A stretch of 64,000 bases of DNA from Macrostomum lignano (Eukaryota). Where the stretch lies: NCBI GenBank assembly GCA_002269645.1, contig NIVC01003399.1, positions 35,703-99,702 on the forward strand. Direction: 5' to 3'. The notes under the pieces are model-generated. The model saw nothing but the letters and a program-made list of their open reading frames with translations, was not told the origin of the DNA and made no database searches. Made by a program: the position numbers and the translations under genes. Shown here piece by piece: positions 25,926 through 38,219 of this stretch (position 1 is its first letter; the number at the start of each line of letters is the position of its first letter).

Positions 25926-28900
25926 GGCTATCTAATCAGGGTTTTGGAAGATAAAATTTGAAAAAGTTAGTAGGTCTATAGACTGTTTTGTTTTCATAAA
26001 CATTAGTAAATAAATATTTGAATTCTATCTAAAAAAAATTACTATATACAAGTAAGTATATTAAACAAGTTGAGATAAGACATTTAATAATAAAAAGGCT
26101 TTGAAATGCTCTGCTAAAATATAGTACCTACCTAGATCTTCTACCTACCTAGACCTAGATAAAATTGTAATTTAGGTTTTGTTCAAGAAATTTAAAAAAT
26201 ATCCACCTTTTATTGCCACTTTTATTGCCAATTAAATTTTATTGCCACTTTAGTGTGTAGCATCAATGAGAAAGTTGGCAATAGCCTTTTGATATTCTTG
26301 TATTTTAAATAAAAAAATCAAAACCAAATAAATTGAATGTGCTTTTTTATATATAAGACTTCTAAAAGGAATAATTTTTTATAATAAGAATTGCAAGATG
26401 TTTGCCTTAATGTTAAAAAATAGTTACCATTTTTAAGTTTTAGATCCAATATACTAAAAATGGTTTGTTGGTAGGTATCTATCTTTTTATCTAAGAAACA
26501 TTTGATGTTAAAGCTTAGCAGTAGCAAATTATTTGAATAATTGTCAGTTAAAGGAAGACTTCAACTATGAAGCACATTGAAAAAATTGTAAGTGATACAA
26601 AACAAAGTAGCTTTTCTTTCTATTTGATGATTTCTATAATTTTCATGAAATATGTCTAAAGCATATATATGAATACTGACATATCATCATATTGACCATT
26701 TTAAAAGCACAATAAAAATTAATTGATTTAATCATCTAATCCTGGTTTTAAAGTTAATAACAATTTCTAAACTAAAGTAGTTTTCTGAAAATTTCTTATC
26801 TAAAAAAACATGGTCCGATAGTTCGTAATAATTTTTCAAACTTTTGCTCATATTAAGAAATAGAAAGTCAAAAAGCAATGTAAACATTAGCAATAATATG
26901 CAGTAAAATGTGCGGTTAAGCAACTAAAACGGTCTGTTCATGAGGAACCTTAGCAAAGTCTAGACAATTTTGTCGGTTACAAAAATTATTCTGAACAAGG
27001 GAGGAATTGCAGTAGATACTAAATACAATAAGTGACGATAAAAAACGCTAAAGTATAGTTCAAAATCTAGTAGCGCTAGTTTTCGAAGTCGTTAGGGATT
27101 CTAGGAAATGCACGCAAATTTAGCAAATAGTTAAATACGTGCCAAAACCGTTTCGTGTATTTGATTTTTCATTAAAACGACAGTTTGCACACTAGCTTTA
27201 GTTATAATATAAAAATAAAAAATCACAATATATTTATTCAATATTTAGTATATTTAATTATATACGTTTCATACAGGATGTCTTTCTCCGTACTGCGTGG
27301 CTTCTCTTCTAGCTGAATGCCTGAATGGAATAAATTATCAAGTTACGAACTTGAAGCAATCAACGCATTAGAAACTTAAGTAGAACCCTTGAAAAAAAAC
27401 TGTATAGTTAATGCTTCGACCTTGAACCTGAATTAATAATAAAGTAGCAATTATATACACTTACAGCATGCATGAATGAGTCTACTGGTAAAATGAAATT
27501 TAATAGATATTTAATGTTTTGCTTCAATTTGTGCATTATCCGATGTTGATAACATCTTAATTATATCGATTAATCAACCGTGAAGTCAACAACTAAAAAC
27601 TTAGGTTAAAACGCTAAAGCGCTTAACTTAAGTCGCCCTTGAAATAGGCAACAAAGCTTAGCTAATTCATACAAGTCCACGCCGGTGTCCGGTCACGGCG
27701 AAGCTGACGTGCCGCGAAAATGCCGGCGTACTGGGGGTTCCATGGAAACTGCTAGAGATGGCGGCGTTTGACGGAGCTGAAAAAAAATTAATTTTCAAGA
27801 TTTTTTACTATGATCACTACATGTATTTTAAGATAGATTGTTATAATATCCCTTCTTGGTATTCTCTCGAGCAGTGTGATTTTCTAGGTAATTTCCATTT
27901 TCCTGTACACGCGTATATAGCCCAACAACCCCCATATTTGATATTTTTGCCCAACTCCCAGCTTCCCAATTTTCCTTATCCACTGCACACACTCACACTA
28001 CCTTAAAAATTTTACTCTACATTTGTTAATAATTGGTGCAGTTATTATTGTTGATTTCATATGAAGCAGTTATTATTGCACTTTATCCAATATTTGAATT
28101 CTTGCACGAGTGCTTTGTACTAAATTAAGTCAACTCACTTTGAATACCGCTTGAGACGTTTGAATGCCATAAATCTTTTTTTCTTTGCTGCAGCTATCAC
28201 CAGATGAGAGAGAGAGAGCCGGGAGAGAGAGACGGAGCAGGTGGCTCGAAAGAAATGAGCAGGTGAAAAAAAATGAGAAATATGCATTCTTATATTATGC
28301 CGTGTATATGCTATCAAATGGCTAAATATGACTAACTAAAAGTGCAATATGGATTCCCCCAATAATTAGATGACCTTTGAATACTTGCCCCGGTTAGCGA
28401 TGAAAATGTGACGAATTGAGAACCCTTGCAGTATACCGCGTGTATAGGTTAAAAAAGAGAAGAAAGACCTGCAGTCAAAGTATTTTAAGGTTTTCTCCGT
28501 CTGACATTTTCGCCATCACCCGAACGGGCTCAAAAGCAGCGGATGAAAAACGACATCCTCTTCCAGAAGCAGACAGTCTGCGGAAATGGCTTCAAAGCTC
28601 TTATTTCTGTCAAGGATTTCTCCTCCCGTAGGTGCATATAGACCCCCTCTCCGTCTTTCTCAACTTGGTCCTACAAAATTAGCACCTTACGAGCGATCTG
28701 CGGGCCCACCTGTTGGGGAGGCAAGAAAGAAATAAATAAAAACTGTTGTATAAACTACATGTAGCTCTTGACCTTGTACAGCCGCTATTGTTAGTTTCCT
28801 AACGAAAATGATTTTTAAAGCAAAAAAGCATCTGTCCTGAAAGCCAGCTATATCTAGCCTAAGATATCAGCATCCCCAGTGAGCTTTGGCGTCAAAGCAA

Positions 28901-29519
28901 CGCTTTAAACCATGGCTCAACCCTAGCTCTCCCTTTAATGCTTGGCCTACCAACAACTCCCAGTTGACCCTTGGCATCTCCATCAGCAACCCCATAAGCC
29001 AAAGTATTTCAGCGATTCCTCCATGAGTATTGACACCTCAGCAACTCACCCGTGAGCCAGAGAGCTAGGGAAGACAAACATGAAAATGTGAAGGAGAAAG
29101 TGGGCAAAACATTTTATTTTAAGGCTGTGAATTTTGTACCAACTATATTCTGCGCATTCGCTGGGATTTCCTTGATATTTTTCTTCCCGTTTGATGAGGC
29201 AGAACCAGTGTAAACAGGAAATAAACTGAAAGAGCAAAATATGGGTTGCGTCTTGTAGGTGTGCCAAGATATTCATCAGTGAAAATGAGTGTGCATTGGG
29301 TGGGGAATGAGAAAAATAAGGGGCGTAGGGAAGTGAGATAGAGGAGTGAGACTAGGATGATGATTTTTATAATTGGCCCGAGATGAGCAGAGATGCACAT
29401 ACAGATAGATTAGGGATCTGAAAGAAAATTCTAAAGAAAGGTTTGAGCAGGGGATTCTTAAAGTACGAGTGTATTAATCGGGAATGGAGCTCCCAAAGTA
29501 ATGATTAGGAATGGTATAG

Positions 29520-29980
29520 TGATACGAAAGAGGATTCCCAAAATAACGATTGGAAAGAGGATTCCCAGAATATTTATCGGTTAGAAGATTACCAGAATAT
29601 TGATCGGGGAGGGGATTCCCAGAATGTTGATCGGTTAGGGAATTCCGAGAATATTGATCGGGGAGGGGATTCCCAGAATTTTGATTGGTTAGGGAATTCT
29701 GCGAATATTGATCGGGAAGGGGATTCCCAGAATATTGATCGGGAAGGAGATTCGAATATTGATTGGAAAGGAGATTCCCAGAATATTTATCGGAAACCGA
29801 ATTCCCTAGAAAATTGATTGCAAACCGAATTCCCAGAATATTGACCTGGAAGGGGATACCCAGCAACAAGATACGAAGAGATTCCAAAATTTAAATGGAG
29901 TTTAGAAAGGGGATTCCAAAAATATAGAAAGAAGAGATAAAAAACTATCAAGATATTTATCGGGAAAGGGAATCCCAAAA
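29520..29980. repeat. Degenerate tandem repeat (GGATTCCCAGAATATTGATCGG core)
   Basis: Direct inspection. Confidence 0.8.
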
Positions 29981-30005
29981 TAAGAGTAAGGGGAAAGACC
30001 TCCAC

Positions 30006-30289
30006 TTATCGCGCCTCCTCCTCCGCCTCCGCCAGATACGCCGATGCCCTCGAGGCGCTCCTCCCTTCGCGCCCGCTCCCTACGCTGTTCCAGCTGCATC
30101 TCATCGTTTTCGTGCAGCCTCTCAATGCCGTCGTTTTCCATCGCGTACAAAGTAGCCTCCCGCTGCCTGTCCGTCAAGCGCCAGCTGCCGGCCGGAGCAC
30201 CCGCCGATGTCACCGCAGCGGCGGCCGTCGCCACGGCCAAAACCGCGTCTCCGAACTCGGGCCCGCCGGCTGGCGAATTGCGCGACGAT
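30006..30289 (-). CDS. Orphan protein, next exon (SSRNSPAGG...YAMENDGIERLHENDEMQLEQRRERARREERLEG...); 3' boundary uncertain
   Basis: Acceptor CTCGCAG|A at 30289 is phase 2 and joins in frame with the previous exon. Donor not resolved (candidates after 30006 or 30000). Confidence 0.5.
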
Positions 30290-30359
30290 CTGCGAGTGTT
30301 TTTGTTATGTAATAACCACTATCGAGAACTCCCAACCGGGAGACGGGAATCTCCAACCA

Positions 30360-30705
30360 CAGGGAACTGTCAAAGAGGGATTCCCCCGAGGGAACGGTCA
30401 AAAAGGGATTCCCCCCAGGGAACTGTCGGAGAGGGGATTCCCTCGAGGGAACTGTCGGAGGGGATTCCCCCGAGGGAACTGTCGGAGAGGGGATTCCCCC
30501 GAGGGAACTGTCGGAGAGGGGATTCCCCCGAGGGAACTGTCGGAGGGGATTCCCCCGAGGGAACTGTCGGAGGGGATTCCCCCGAGGGAACTGTCGGAGA
30601 GGGGATTCCCCCGAGGGAACTGTCGGAGAGGGGATTCCCCCAGGGAACTGTCGGAGATGGGATTCCCCCCAGAGAACTGTCAGAGATGGGATTCCCCCGA
30701 GGGAT
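30360..30705. repeat. 29-bp (27-bp variant) minisatellite (GGGGATTCCCCCGAGGGAACTGTCGGAGA)n filling the orphan-gene intron
   Basis: Direct inspection. Confidence 0.9.
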
Positions 30706-30719
30706 TAGTGAAGACTCAC

Positions 30720-30949
30720 GAATTGACAACTCGAGCAGGACTACCCCCGACTTGATCGACAGCTTTTCCGTCCTTATCAATTTGTTTCGGCACCTGCTCT
30801 CTGATCTTTGATCCGCCTGTCTGTCGCGAACCCTGCTGCGCGTCACGGACTTCGAAGTCCCTGTCAAGAAAGAATTTCACCAACTCGTCGCGTCGGAGCG
30901 CCCGCTTAGCCAGTTCGCGTTCCCGCTGCTTCTGAATGCAGTTTCCCAT
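30720..30949 (-). CDS. Orphan protein, first visible coding exon (MGNCIQKQRERELAKR...)
   Basis: ATG immediately after a pyrimidine-rich acceptor (TTCTGCTTGCAG|ATG); canonical donor TC|GTGAGT at 30720, phase 2; GC-rich codon usage like the neighbouring genes. Confidence 0.55.
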
Positions 30950-30974
30950 CTGCAAGCAGAATCCGTGTGGTTAG

Positions 30975-32100
30975 CTTTGCCATTCCCTATCCCAGTGCTT
31001 ATCCACTCTCCATCCCAGTGCTTATCCACTCCCTATCCCAGTGCTTATCCACTCTCCATCCCAGTGCTTATCCACTCCCTATCCCAGTGCTTATCCACTC
31101 CCTATCCCAGTGCTTATCCATTCTCCATCCCAGTGCTTATCCACTCCCCATCTCAGTGCTTATCCACCCCCATCTCAGTGCTTATCCACCCCCATCTCAG
31201 TGCTTATCCACCCCCATCTCAGTGCTTATCCACCCCATCTCAGTGCTTATCCACTCCCCATCTCAGTGCTTATCCACTCCCTATCCCAGTGCTTATCCAC
31301 TCCCCATCTCAGTGCTTATCCAACCCCATCCCAGTGCTTATCCACTCCCTATCCCAGTGCTTATCCACTCCCTATCCCAGTGCTTATCCACTCCCTATCC
31401 CAGTGCTTATCCACTCCCCATCTCAGTGCTTATCCAACCCCATCCCAGTGCTTATCCACTCCCTATCCCAGTGCTTATCCACTCCCTATCCCAGTGCTTA
31501 TCCACTCCCTATCCCAGTGCTTATCCACCCCCATCTCAGTGCTTATCTACTCCCCATCTCAGTGCTTATCCACCCCCATCTCAGTGCTTATCTACTCCCC
31601 ATCTCAGTGCTTATCTACTCCCCATCTCAGTGCTTATCCAACCCCATCCCAGTGCTTATCCACTCCCTATCCCAGTGCTTATCCACTCCCTATCCCAGTG
31701 CTTATCCACTCCCTATCCCAGTGCTTATCCACTCCCTATCCCAGTGCTTATCCACTCCCTATCCCAGTGCTTATCCACCCCCATCTCAGTGCTTATCTAC
31801 TCCCCATCTCAGTGCTTATCTACTCCCCATCTCAGTGCTTATCCAACCCCATCCCAGTGCTTATCCACTCCCTATCCCAGTGCTTATCCACTCCCTATCC
31901 CAGTGCTTATCCACTCCCTATCCCAGTGCTTATCCACTCCCTATCCCAGTGCTTATCCACTCCCTATCCCAGTGCTTATCCACTCCCTATCCCAGTGCTT
32001 ATCCACCCCCATCTCAGTGCTTATCCACCCCTATCTCAGTGCTTATCCACCCCCATCTCAGTGCTTATCCACTCCCCATCTCAGTGCTTATCTACTCATA
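30975..32100. repeat. 23-bp minisatellite (ATCCACTCCCTATCCCAGTGCTT)n
   Basis: Direct inspection. Confidence 0.95.
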
Positions 32101-32839
32101 TCTTCTCTCCTGTTCTCCTCTGCTTACCCGAACTTTGCAACCGAAATTCAAGTGTAGCAGGAGATGTATGCAGGTTAATACACTATACAATATATTCCTG
32201 AATGAGAAGTCACCATAGTTACGATCTGCCTTGTCTAGAGCAAGCCTTTTTGAGTTGACGAGTTGGGGTCACCCACTGTACACTTCTCCCTCAGCTTCGC
32301 AAGCCCGTACCAATGGGAACCCCTCTTTTTGCTTTCCCCAACCAAGCCTATGGGTTTTTTCTGTCCACACCAGCTTCACTGCATCATTACGTAACATTAG
32401 CAGCTACCCCTCTGAACTCCATAGCCGGAGAGGGGAAATAACTCGCCTTGCTTGAGTCACCCATCTCACCCAAAGTAGAAAATCAATCAGGTTTACCAGT
32501 TTTCCTGCCGTGTATTCTGTGTTCTTGCTTCTCCGAAGAAAATAATTCTTTTAACTGTTTCTCTGCACGGCATTGGCAGCGGTAACAGTTTATAAGAAAC
32601 CTCTCTTTCTGGCTGTCATTAACTTTGTTTACAATAAAACGACTTTTCAAATGGATACACTGGCGTACTTTTAGAATATGCGGCCGTGCAAATGTACATG
32701 ACTGCGTTGTGCGTGTGTTGAGGCGTTGTTTTAAAAAACTGAAGTCCTGTGTACAGTAGTAGAGTGAGCGTTGTAAACTGTAGTTACATGTAATAAATTG
32801 AGTCATCGCAGTAAGAGAAACGTGCACTGTAGGGGGGGG

Positions 32840-33167
32840 GGGGTTGTAGCCCAGTGGTTGGAGCGTCGGACTCACTACTGAAAGGTCGGGCCCGTCGGGG
32901 GTTCGATTCTCGACCAACTCCTTCAGCAAGACACTTAACTCTGCATTGCTTCAGTTCACCCAGCTGTAAAATGGGTGCCAGCATTAGCTGGGGTAATTGA
33001 GGCTGTGTGTGGCAACCCCATCCCTTTACCCCAGTCCTTGGACTGAACAGCCGTACGCAGCCTTCAGATGCGCCGCGCAATAGCTGCGGCTGAGCTGTCG
33101 GTTGCACATCTGCCCATTGGGGCAGGTGTAATCAATTATTACTTTCTTATTATTATTATTATCATTA
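32840..33167 (+). mobile_element. tRNA-derived SINE with CORE(MIR)-like central domain and (TTA)n tail
   Basis: A box TAGCCCAGTGG (32847-32857) and B box GGTTCGATTC (32900-32909); central CAGCAAGACACTTAAC...CAGCTGTAAAATGGG resembles the CORE domain; (TTA)n tail at ~33147-33166. Confidence 0.75.
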
Positions 33168-33173
33168 CACATA

Positions 33174-33457
33174 TGTACTGTAGAAATGAAAAGACCGATG
33201 GTCCGCCAAACTGTTTTGGAGCTGAGGCTCAAGCGAGACGCTAACAAAACGAAAAGCGTAAACCGTACACAGGGCTAATAAGCCCTCTCGATGATATATT
33301 TATTGCAGTCAGTCAGAATCAGCCAGCGTGGAGGGGGGTGGGTGAGATGGGCCTGGGCTAAATCAGCGTACATAGAAAATTGAATAATAAACACGTACAT
33401 TAAATCACGCAGTGGAATTGGAAAGAAAATCAATGCTACTAATCTACCTCCCAAACA
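33174..33457 (-). repeat. 3' LTR of the Bel/Pao element
   Basis: No differences from 37936-38219 by eye; preceded on the - strand by PPT GGTGGGGGGTA. Confidence 0.95.
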
Positions 33458-33468
33458 TACCCCCCACC
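33458..33468 (-). promoter_or_regulatory. Polypurine tract
   Basis: GGTGGGGGGTA directly abuts the 3' LTR on the - strand. Confidence 0.8.
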
Positions 33469-34184
33469 TTGGCATAACAATGACAAAAACTATTCGAGGG
33501 ATGAAACAATGAAAACGAATACGGTAATAGGAAAATATTCGAAAACGATGCGTGATACAAAATCGAACTCAAAAAGCAAAAAAGCAACGTTGCATGAAAC
33601 ATTGATGGCGACATTGTGAATGGTAGAAAATTAGAGTAAAAGGTGAAGATAAGTACGCAGATCGTAGATGACAATCGAAAATTTTGCAGAAGTACGTCAG
33701 CTATCATATAAAATTTCAAAATTGAACACGAACGCAGACTTCCGCCACCAAACGCAACTGAAACAAAAACTGAAACAAAAATTGTAAGCATTGGGCTATC
33801 AAAAGGTCGGAACTGGCGCATAAACTATGGTACTTCTAAGCGCAGAAAATCAAGCAATATTAAGTAGAGCTCAAATAATGCAAACATCGCTCGTAAAAAA
33901 CTCAAAAAACGCAAAAGACAAACTTGCCGACAAATTCACTAAACCGTAACGACTGCTATTCAGCAAAAATTCACGCAAGAAAATAAATAGCTAAATAATG
34001 AATGTTAATCGCGTTGAACACTGAAAGCGAAAATTGGGTTAAGACGGCAAAAACAGGGTGATTCCTATTAGCATGAAAGGGAAAGAAGACTTTACGAACA
34101 ATGCAACAAACAGGAAAATTGAACAACTCATCAGAAAAATTGCGAAACCTGACAAAGTCTGATTCTCTAGCAAAGGTTCGCAAA

Positions 34185-37100
34185 CTAACCTGCAGATATT
34201 GGACACAACTTTGTTATTGGTCTCGTCATTGTGCGATCACCGACTCTGATTGAGGCGACTCTCACGTGACCGTCCGAACCGCGCATGACCTCCAGCACGC
34301 GAGCCAGCGGCCAGTGACCCCGAGGCGAGTCCGGGCTCACCAGCAGCGCCACGTCTCCAGGTTGTAGGTCAGGCAGCTCGCGGCGCCACTTGCTCCGCGG
34401 TGCGAGTCCCGGCAGCCACTCGCGCAACCACCGGCGCCAGATCTGCGACACCAGCTGCTGGACGTGACGCCATCTTCTTGAAGGACTGCGGGCGATGGCA
34501 GCGTCGACCTCCGGTGCAAACTTCCCGCCGACTTGCCCGATAAGGAAGTGATTCGGCGTCAGCGGCACATCATCACTCGGATGCGCCGTCTGGTACGTCA
34601 GCGGCCTTGAATTCAGAAGTGCCTCTGCTCCAGCAAACGCGCTTAGCAGCTCCTCATCGGTGACGTCCGTCTCCCTCAGAATTGACCAGATTGACTGCCA
34701 AAGCTCCTGCATCAGAATTTTCGCCTGCACGACAAACGGGGAGATCAGTCCAAGTGGATCGAAGACGCTCGCTAGCTTCTTCAGCAGACCTCTTTTTGTG
34801 GTCACCTGACACGACTCGTTTTCATCTTTAAAGGTAAATTCGTCCTGCTCACTCTGCCACGTGACACCCAGTGTCTTGGTGCTTGGTAGTTCTTTGCTGT
34901 CCAAGGTAACTTCTGCTGCACGGTCTTCAGGTGGGATTCTATCGAGCACAGCTCTCGAGTTCGAGACCCACTTGCGCGCGTGCATGCCGGCGCGCCTCCA
35001 GAGCTCACTGAGTTGATCGTACAGCCTGCAGGCGGCTGCCTCGGTGGGCGCAGAGTCCAGGCTGTCATCCATATAGGTAGAGTGCAGTACTGTCTCGGCC
35101 GCCTCTGGAAGCTCACCTTTTGACTTTTCAGCATGGCAGCGGGTAACGAACTGTGCCAAGAACGGAGAGCTGGTGACGCCGAACACCACTCTGTTGAACT
35201 CGTAGACATCCGGCTGCTTTGAAGGATCGGCGTCCCGCCAAAGGAAACTGTGCAGCGGCCTGTCCTTCGGGTCCATCTCGATCTGGAGATACATTTCCGC
35301 TACGTCGCATGCGATCGCAATCGGGTGTCGGCGGAACCGAAGCAGCACGTCAACCAAATCCCTCTGCAGTTTGGGGCCCTGGCGGATCTGGTCGTTCAAT
35401 CTGGCAGCCGATGCATCAAAGACTATTCGCACTTTTGTCGTAGCCTTGTCTGGCCGCAGCACTGGGAAGTGCGGCAGGAAACAGCGGCCTTCAGTCTCAG
35501 CTTGCGACACTTTTCGGATATAACCTTGCTGTTCATACTTTTCAAGGATCTCCTGATACTGCTTGCAGACGTTCATATCCTTAATCAGCCGCTGTTCGGT
35601 GTTCTTTAGTCGCTTCAAGGCCATTGAGAAAGTGCCTGCTGGAGCCAGCCGATCCTTTTTCCATGGAATCCCGATCTGGTAACGGCCCTTCGTGTACTTT
35701 AGCGACGACTTGGCTTGCTGGACGGCTCTCTCCTCATCGGCGGTCAGCGGACTTCGATTGGCACCTTCTGAGACGTTCTCGATCTCCCAAAACTGCCGCA
35801 GGATCTTAGCCACCTGACCAGATTCGGAATCGCAGCTGAAGAAAGTGGCAGCAAAATGGGCGTTCTGCATCTCAGAATTGTCCTGCTCTGTGCGACCGAT
35901 GCACGTCCAACCCAGGGGAGTCAGGCGCGCCTTTGGCTCCAGCGGCTGTCCGACGATTTCTTTGAGAGACACGTGAAGATCCGGGTGATCAGCACCAATC
36001 AGCAAGTCCACTACTGCAGGCTCACACAGCTTCGGAAACGGCACATTTCTCAGATGAGGCCACTGCTGCGCTTCTTCGTGCCAGTCGACGCCTTTGAGGG
36101 ACCCAGTCACGTGATCAGCGGTGAAGGCGACGATCATTGAGCTGGTCTGACCATCCAGACTTTCCAAGCTAAAGCAGACTGGGGCTGTCATGAAGGTCTC
36201 TGTTTGGCCATTGATGACTCCGACTTTCACCTTTTCGAGCGCTCCATGCACTCCAAGCGCTTCTGCTATCCCGATGTTGACGTAGCTCCTGGTACTGGCA
36301 TCGTCGAGCAAGGCATTCACCTTCAGCTTCCGGGACCCGTTCCGTAGGACTACAGGTACCGTTCGTAGCGAGATTGCCGTTTCACCAGCCGACAGAAGCG
36401 TCACCGGTCCAGTCTTTCCTGAACTGGAAGCGGATTTAGCGTCCTTGGATGCAGTCTGCTTCGCTTCACCAGACTTGGCCAACACTTTTTCTGCATGAAG
36501 CAGGCGATGATGGAACTTTGTGCAGCTGCTGATGCCGCACCGACGACCACGCCGACATTGGCTGCCAAGATGTCCTTGGCCCAAGCACCGGAAACAACAC
36601 TTCGAGCTCTGCGCCGCGTCCCAGCGTTTTTCCACCGGAAGCTCCTTGAACTCACTGCAGGACCACAGCTCGTGATCACCTTGACAAACAATGCAAATCT
36701 TTCGCTGTACCTTCTTGTCACTGTCCGTAGTAACGAAAGTCTTTGGTCGCTGCTCTCGCTTTTGACGCTCCTGCTGCATGGTGGCAACGCCCTGCACAAT
36801 CTCTGACGCTTCAGTCTGAAACTCTGCTTCTTGCAGCACCCAAATTCTCAGATTTCTAACACTCTCCGGCTTCCGCTGCTCAAAGATCCACCTCCGGTAG
36901 CTGGCAACCATCTGCTCAGGCAACTTTTTCTGCAGCCTCACATACAACATCCCATCTTGAAGCTCTGCCTCTTTACCCGCATCCTCAAGGTTAACGACAG
37001 CCACATCCAGTAGATTAGCAAAGCTTTTCAGATCCTTGGCGTTTCCATTTCGCACGATCGGGAAGCTGTCCAGCTCTTCCAAGTGCAGAGCAAGTTGCCT

Positions 37101-37849
37101 ACGCTGTCCACCAAATTCTCTCTCTAATCTCTCTTTTGCAGCTTCATATGCCGCAGCAGAGTGTCCTAGATGTTCTATAACCTTCAAAGCTTCACCGCTG
37201 AGGTACTGCCTAAGCTGCAGCAACTTGAATTCTGGTGTTGCAGGGGCGCTGTCGATGCACGCAACAAAGGCTGCCTTCCAGTTTTCATACTTCTGCTTTT
37301 CTCCACTAAACGTTGGGATTTCAACACGCTTCAGCATCTTCCACAAATCCTTTGAAAGCTCCTTCGGGTTGGATCCTTTGCTGGACGCAGCACTGCCAGA
37401 AAGTTTGTCTAACTCACCAGCTGCTTCTTCTTGGTCACCCGCAGCGTTCTCACCGCTTGAACTCGCGGCAGGAGGGGCTTCTTGGGCGCGCTGCAATCCC
37501 GGTTTCTGGAACTTTCGACGCGCTGAATGGCAGCTTGGTAGTCGCGCTCAGTCTCCTCCATCTCTTCTAGTAGGCGCTGTCGCCTCTCGTTGTCCTTGGC
37601 GTCGGCGTAGCCTTGATGCAGTTCTTCTTGGATGGCGCTGACCAGGTCCTGCAGGTCGGATAGAGCGTCGCAGGCAGCTTGCACTTCGTCATCAGAGGCG
37701 CGCGTCTTTAGCAGCCAAGAAAGCTTGTTTTTGCAACGAGTGAACGCTGCTTTTTTTCGGGATTTCTCGAAGCGCAGCTTCTCTAAACGCAGCGCGCCGG
37801 CATCGTCTTGGGCTTCCTGCTGTTGTTCATTGGCGTCGTCACTGTCCAT
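34185..37849 (-). pseudogene. Bel/Pao gag-pol, with one frameshift near 37500 and an in-frame deletion of RNase H and the integrase core near 34695
   Basis: ATG at 37849 (MDSDDANEQ). IPTFSGEKQKYENWKAAF (gag), three Cys/His knuckles, ALLDDASTRSYV (protease), FLPHFPV/KVRIVFDAS/YMDD (RT), LASVFDPLG, then directly TDEELL...LLNSRPLT and RRWRHVQQLVSQIWRRW. Confidence 0.9.
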
Positions 37850-37914
37850 CTTGGTCCTTCGTTTCACAGTAGGATTCTATTGCTTGCCACGTCAGTGGTA
37901 ATTTAGGCTTGTCC

Positions 37915-37932
37915 AACCACGCTCTGCTACCA
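37915..37932 (-). promoter_or_regulatory. Primer-binding site TGGTAGCAGAGCGTGGTT (tRNA-iMet type)
   Basis: Lies 3 nt inside the 5' LTR; complementary to a ...CTCTGCTACCA tRNA end, which is the eukaryotic initiator-Met tRNA 3' end. Confidence 0.85.
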
Positions 37933-37935
37933 AAA

Positions 37936-38219
37936 TGTACTGTAGAAATGAAAAGACCGATGGTCCGCCAAACTGTTTTGGAGCTGAGGCTCAAGCGAGA
38001 CGCTAACAAAACGAAAAGCGTAAACCGTACACAGGGCTAATAAGCCCTCTCGATGATATATTTATTGCAGTCAGTCAGAATCAGCCAGCGTGGAGGGGGG
38101 TGGGTGAGATGGGCCTGGGCTAAATCAGCGTACATAGAAAATTGAATAATAAACACGTACATTAAATCACGCAGTGGAATTGGAAAGAAAATCAATGCTA
38201 CTAATCTACCTCCCAAACA
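37936..38219 (-). repeat. 5' LTR of the Bel/Pao element
   Basis: Identical to 33174-33457; followed on the - strand by TTT and the PBS. Confidence 0.95.

Larger units (their letters stand above)
33174..38219 (-). mobile_element. Bel/Pao LTR retrotransposon, internally deleted, recent insertion (5046 bp)
   Basis: Two identical 284-bp LTRs (TG...CA); 6-bp TSD CACATA at 33168-33173 and 38220-38225; PBS and PPT present; Bel/Pao domain order gag-PR-RT-(RH)-(IN)-DUF5641-like. Confidence 0.96.

Noticed and set aside
28530-28670. Possible third exon of the MGNC orphan gene (DQVEKDGEG...)
   Set aside because: An acceptor exists, but no convincing phase-matched donor was found in the upstream exon and the peptide is unrecognised.
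30044-30811. GC-rich + strand ORFs, and similar antisense ORFs over the GPCR, SLC12A8 and pol exons
   Set aside because: Shadow frames of GC-rich coding exons or of repeats on the opposite strand.
32840-32920. Functional tRNA gene
   Set aside because: A and B boxes are present, but the sequence continues into a CORE-like body and TTA tail and the stems are not intact, so it is treated as a SINE.
33444-33821. Hydrophobic 125-aa ORF in the Bel/Pao 3' region as an env gene
   Set aside because: Short, hydrophobic only because the strand is T-rich, runs into the PPT/LTR, and has no signal peptide or fusion-protein features.
37490-37520. Programmed -1 frameshift in gag
   Set aside because: No X_XXY_YYZ slippery heptamer is visible and the position is early in gag; a 1-bp deletion or sequencing error is simpler.
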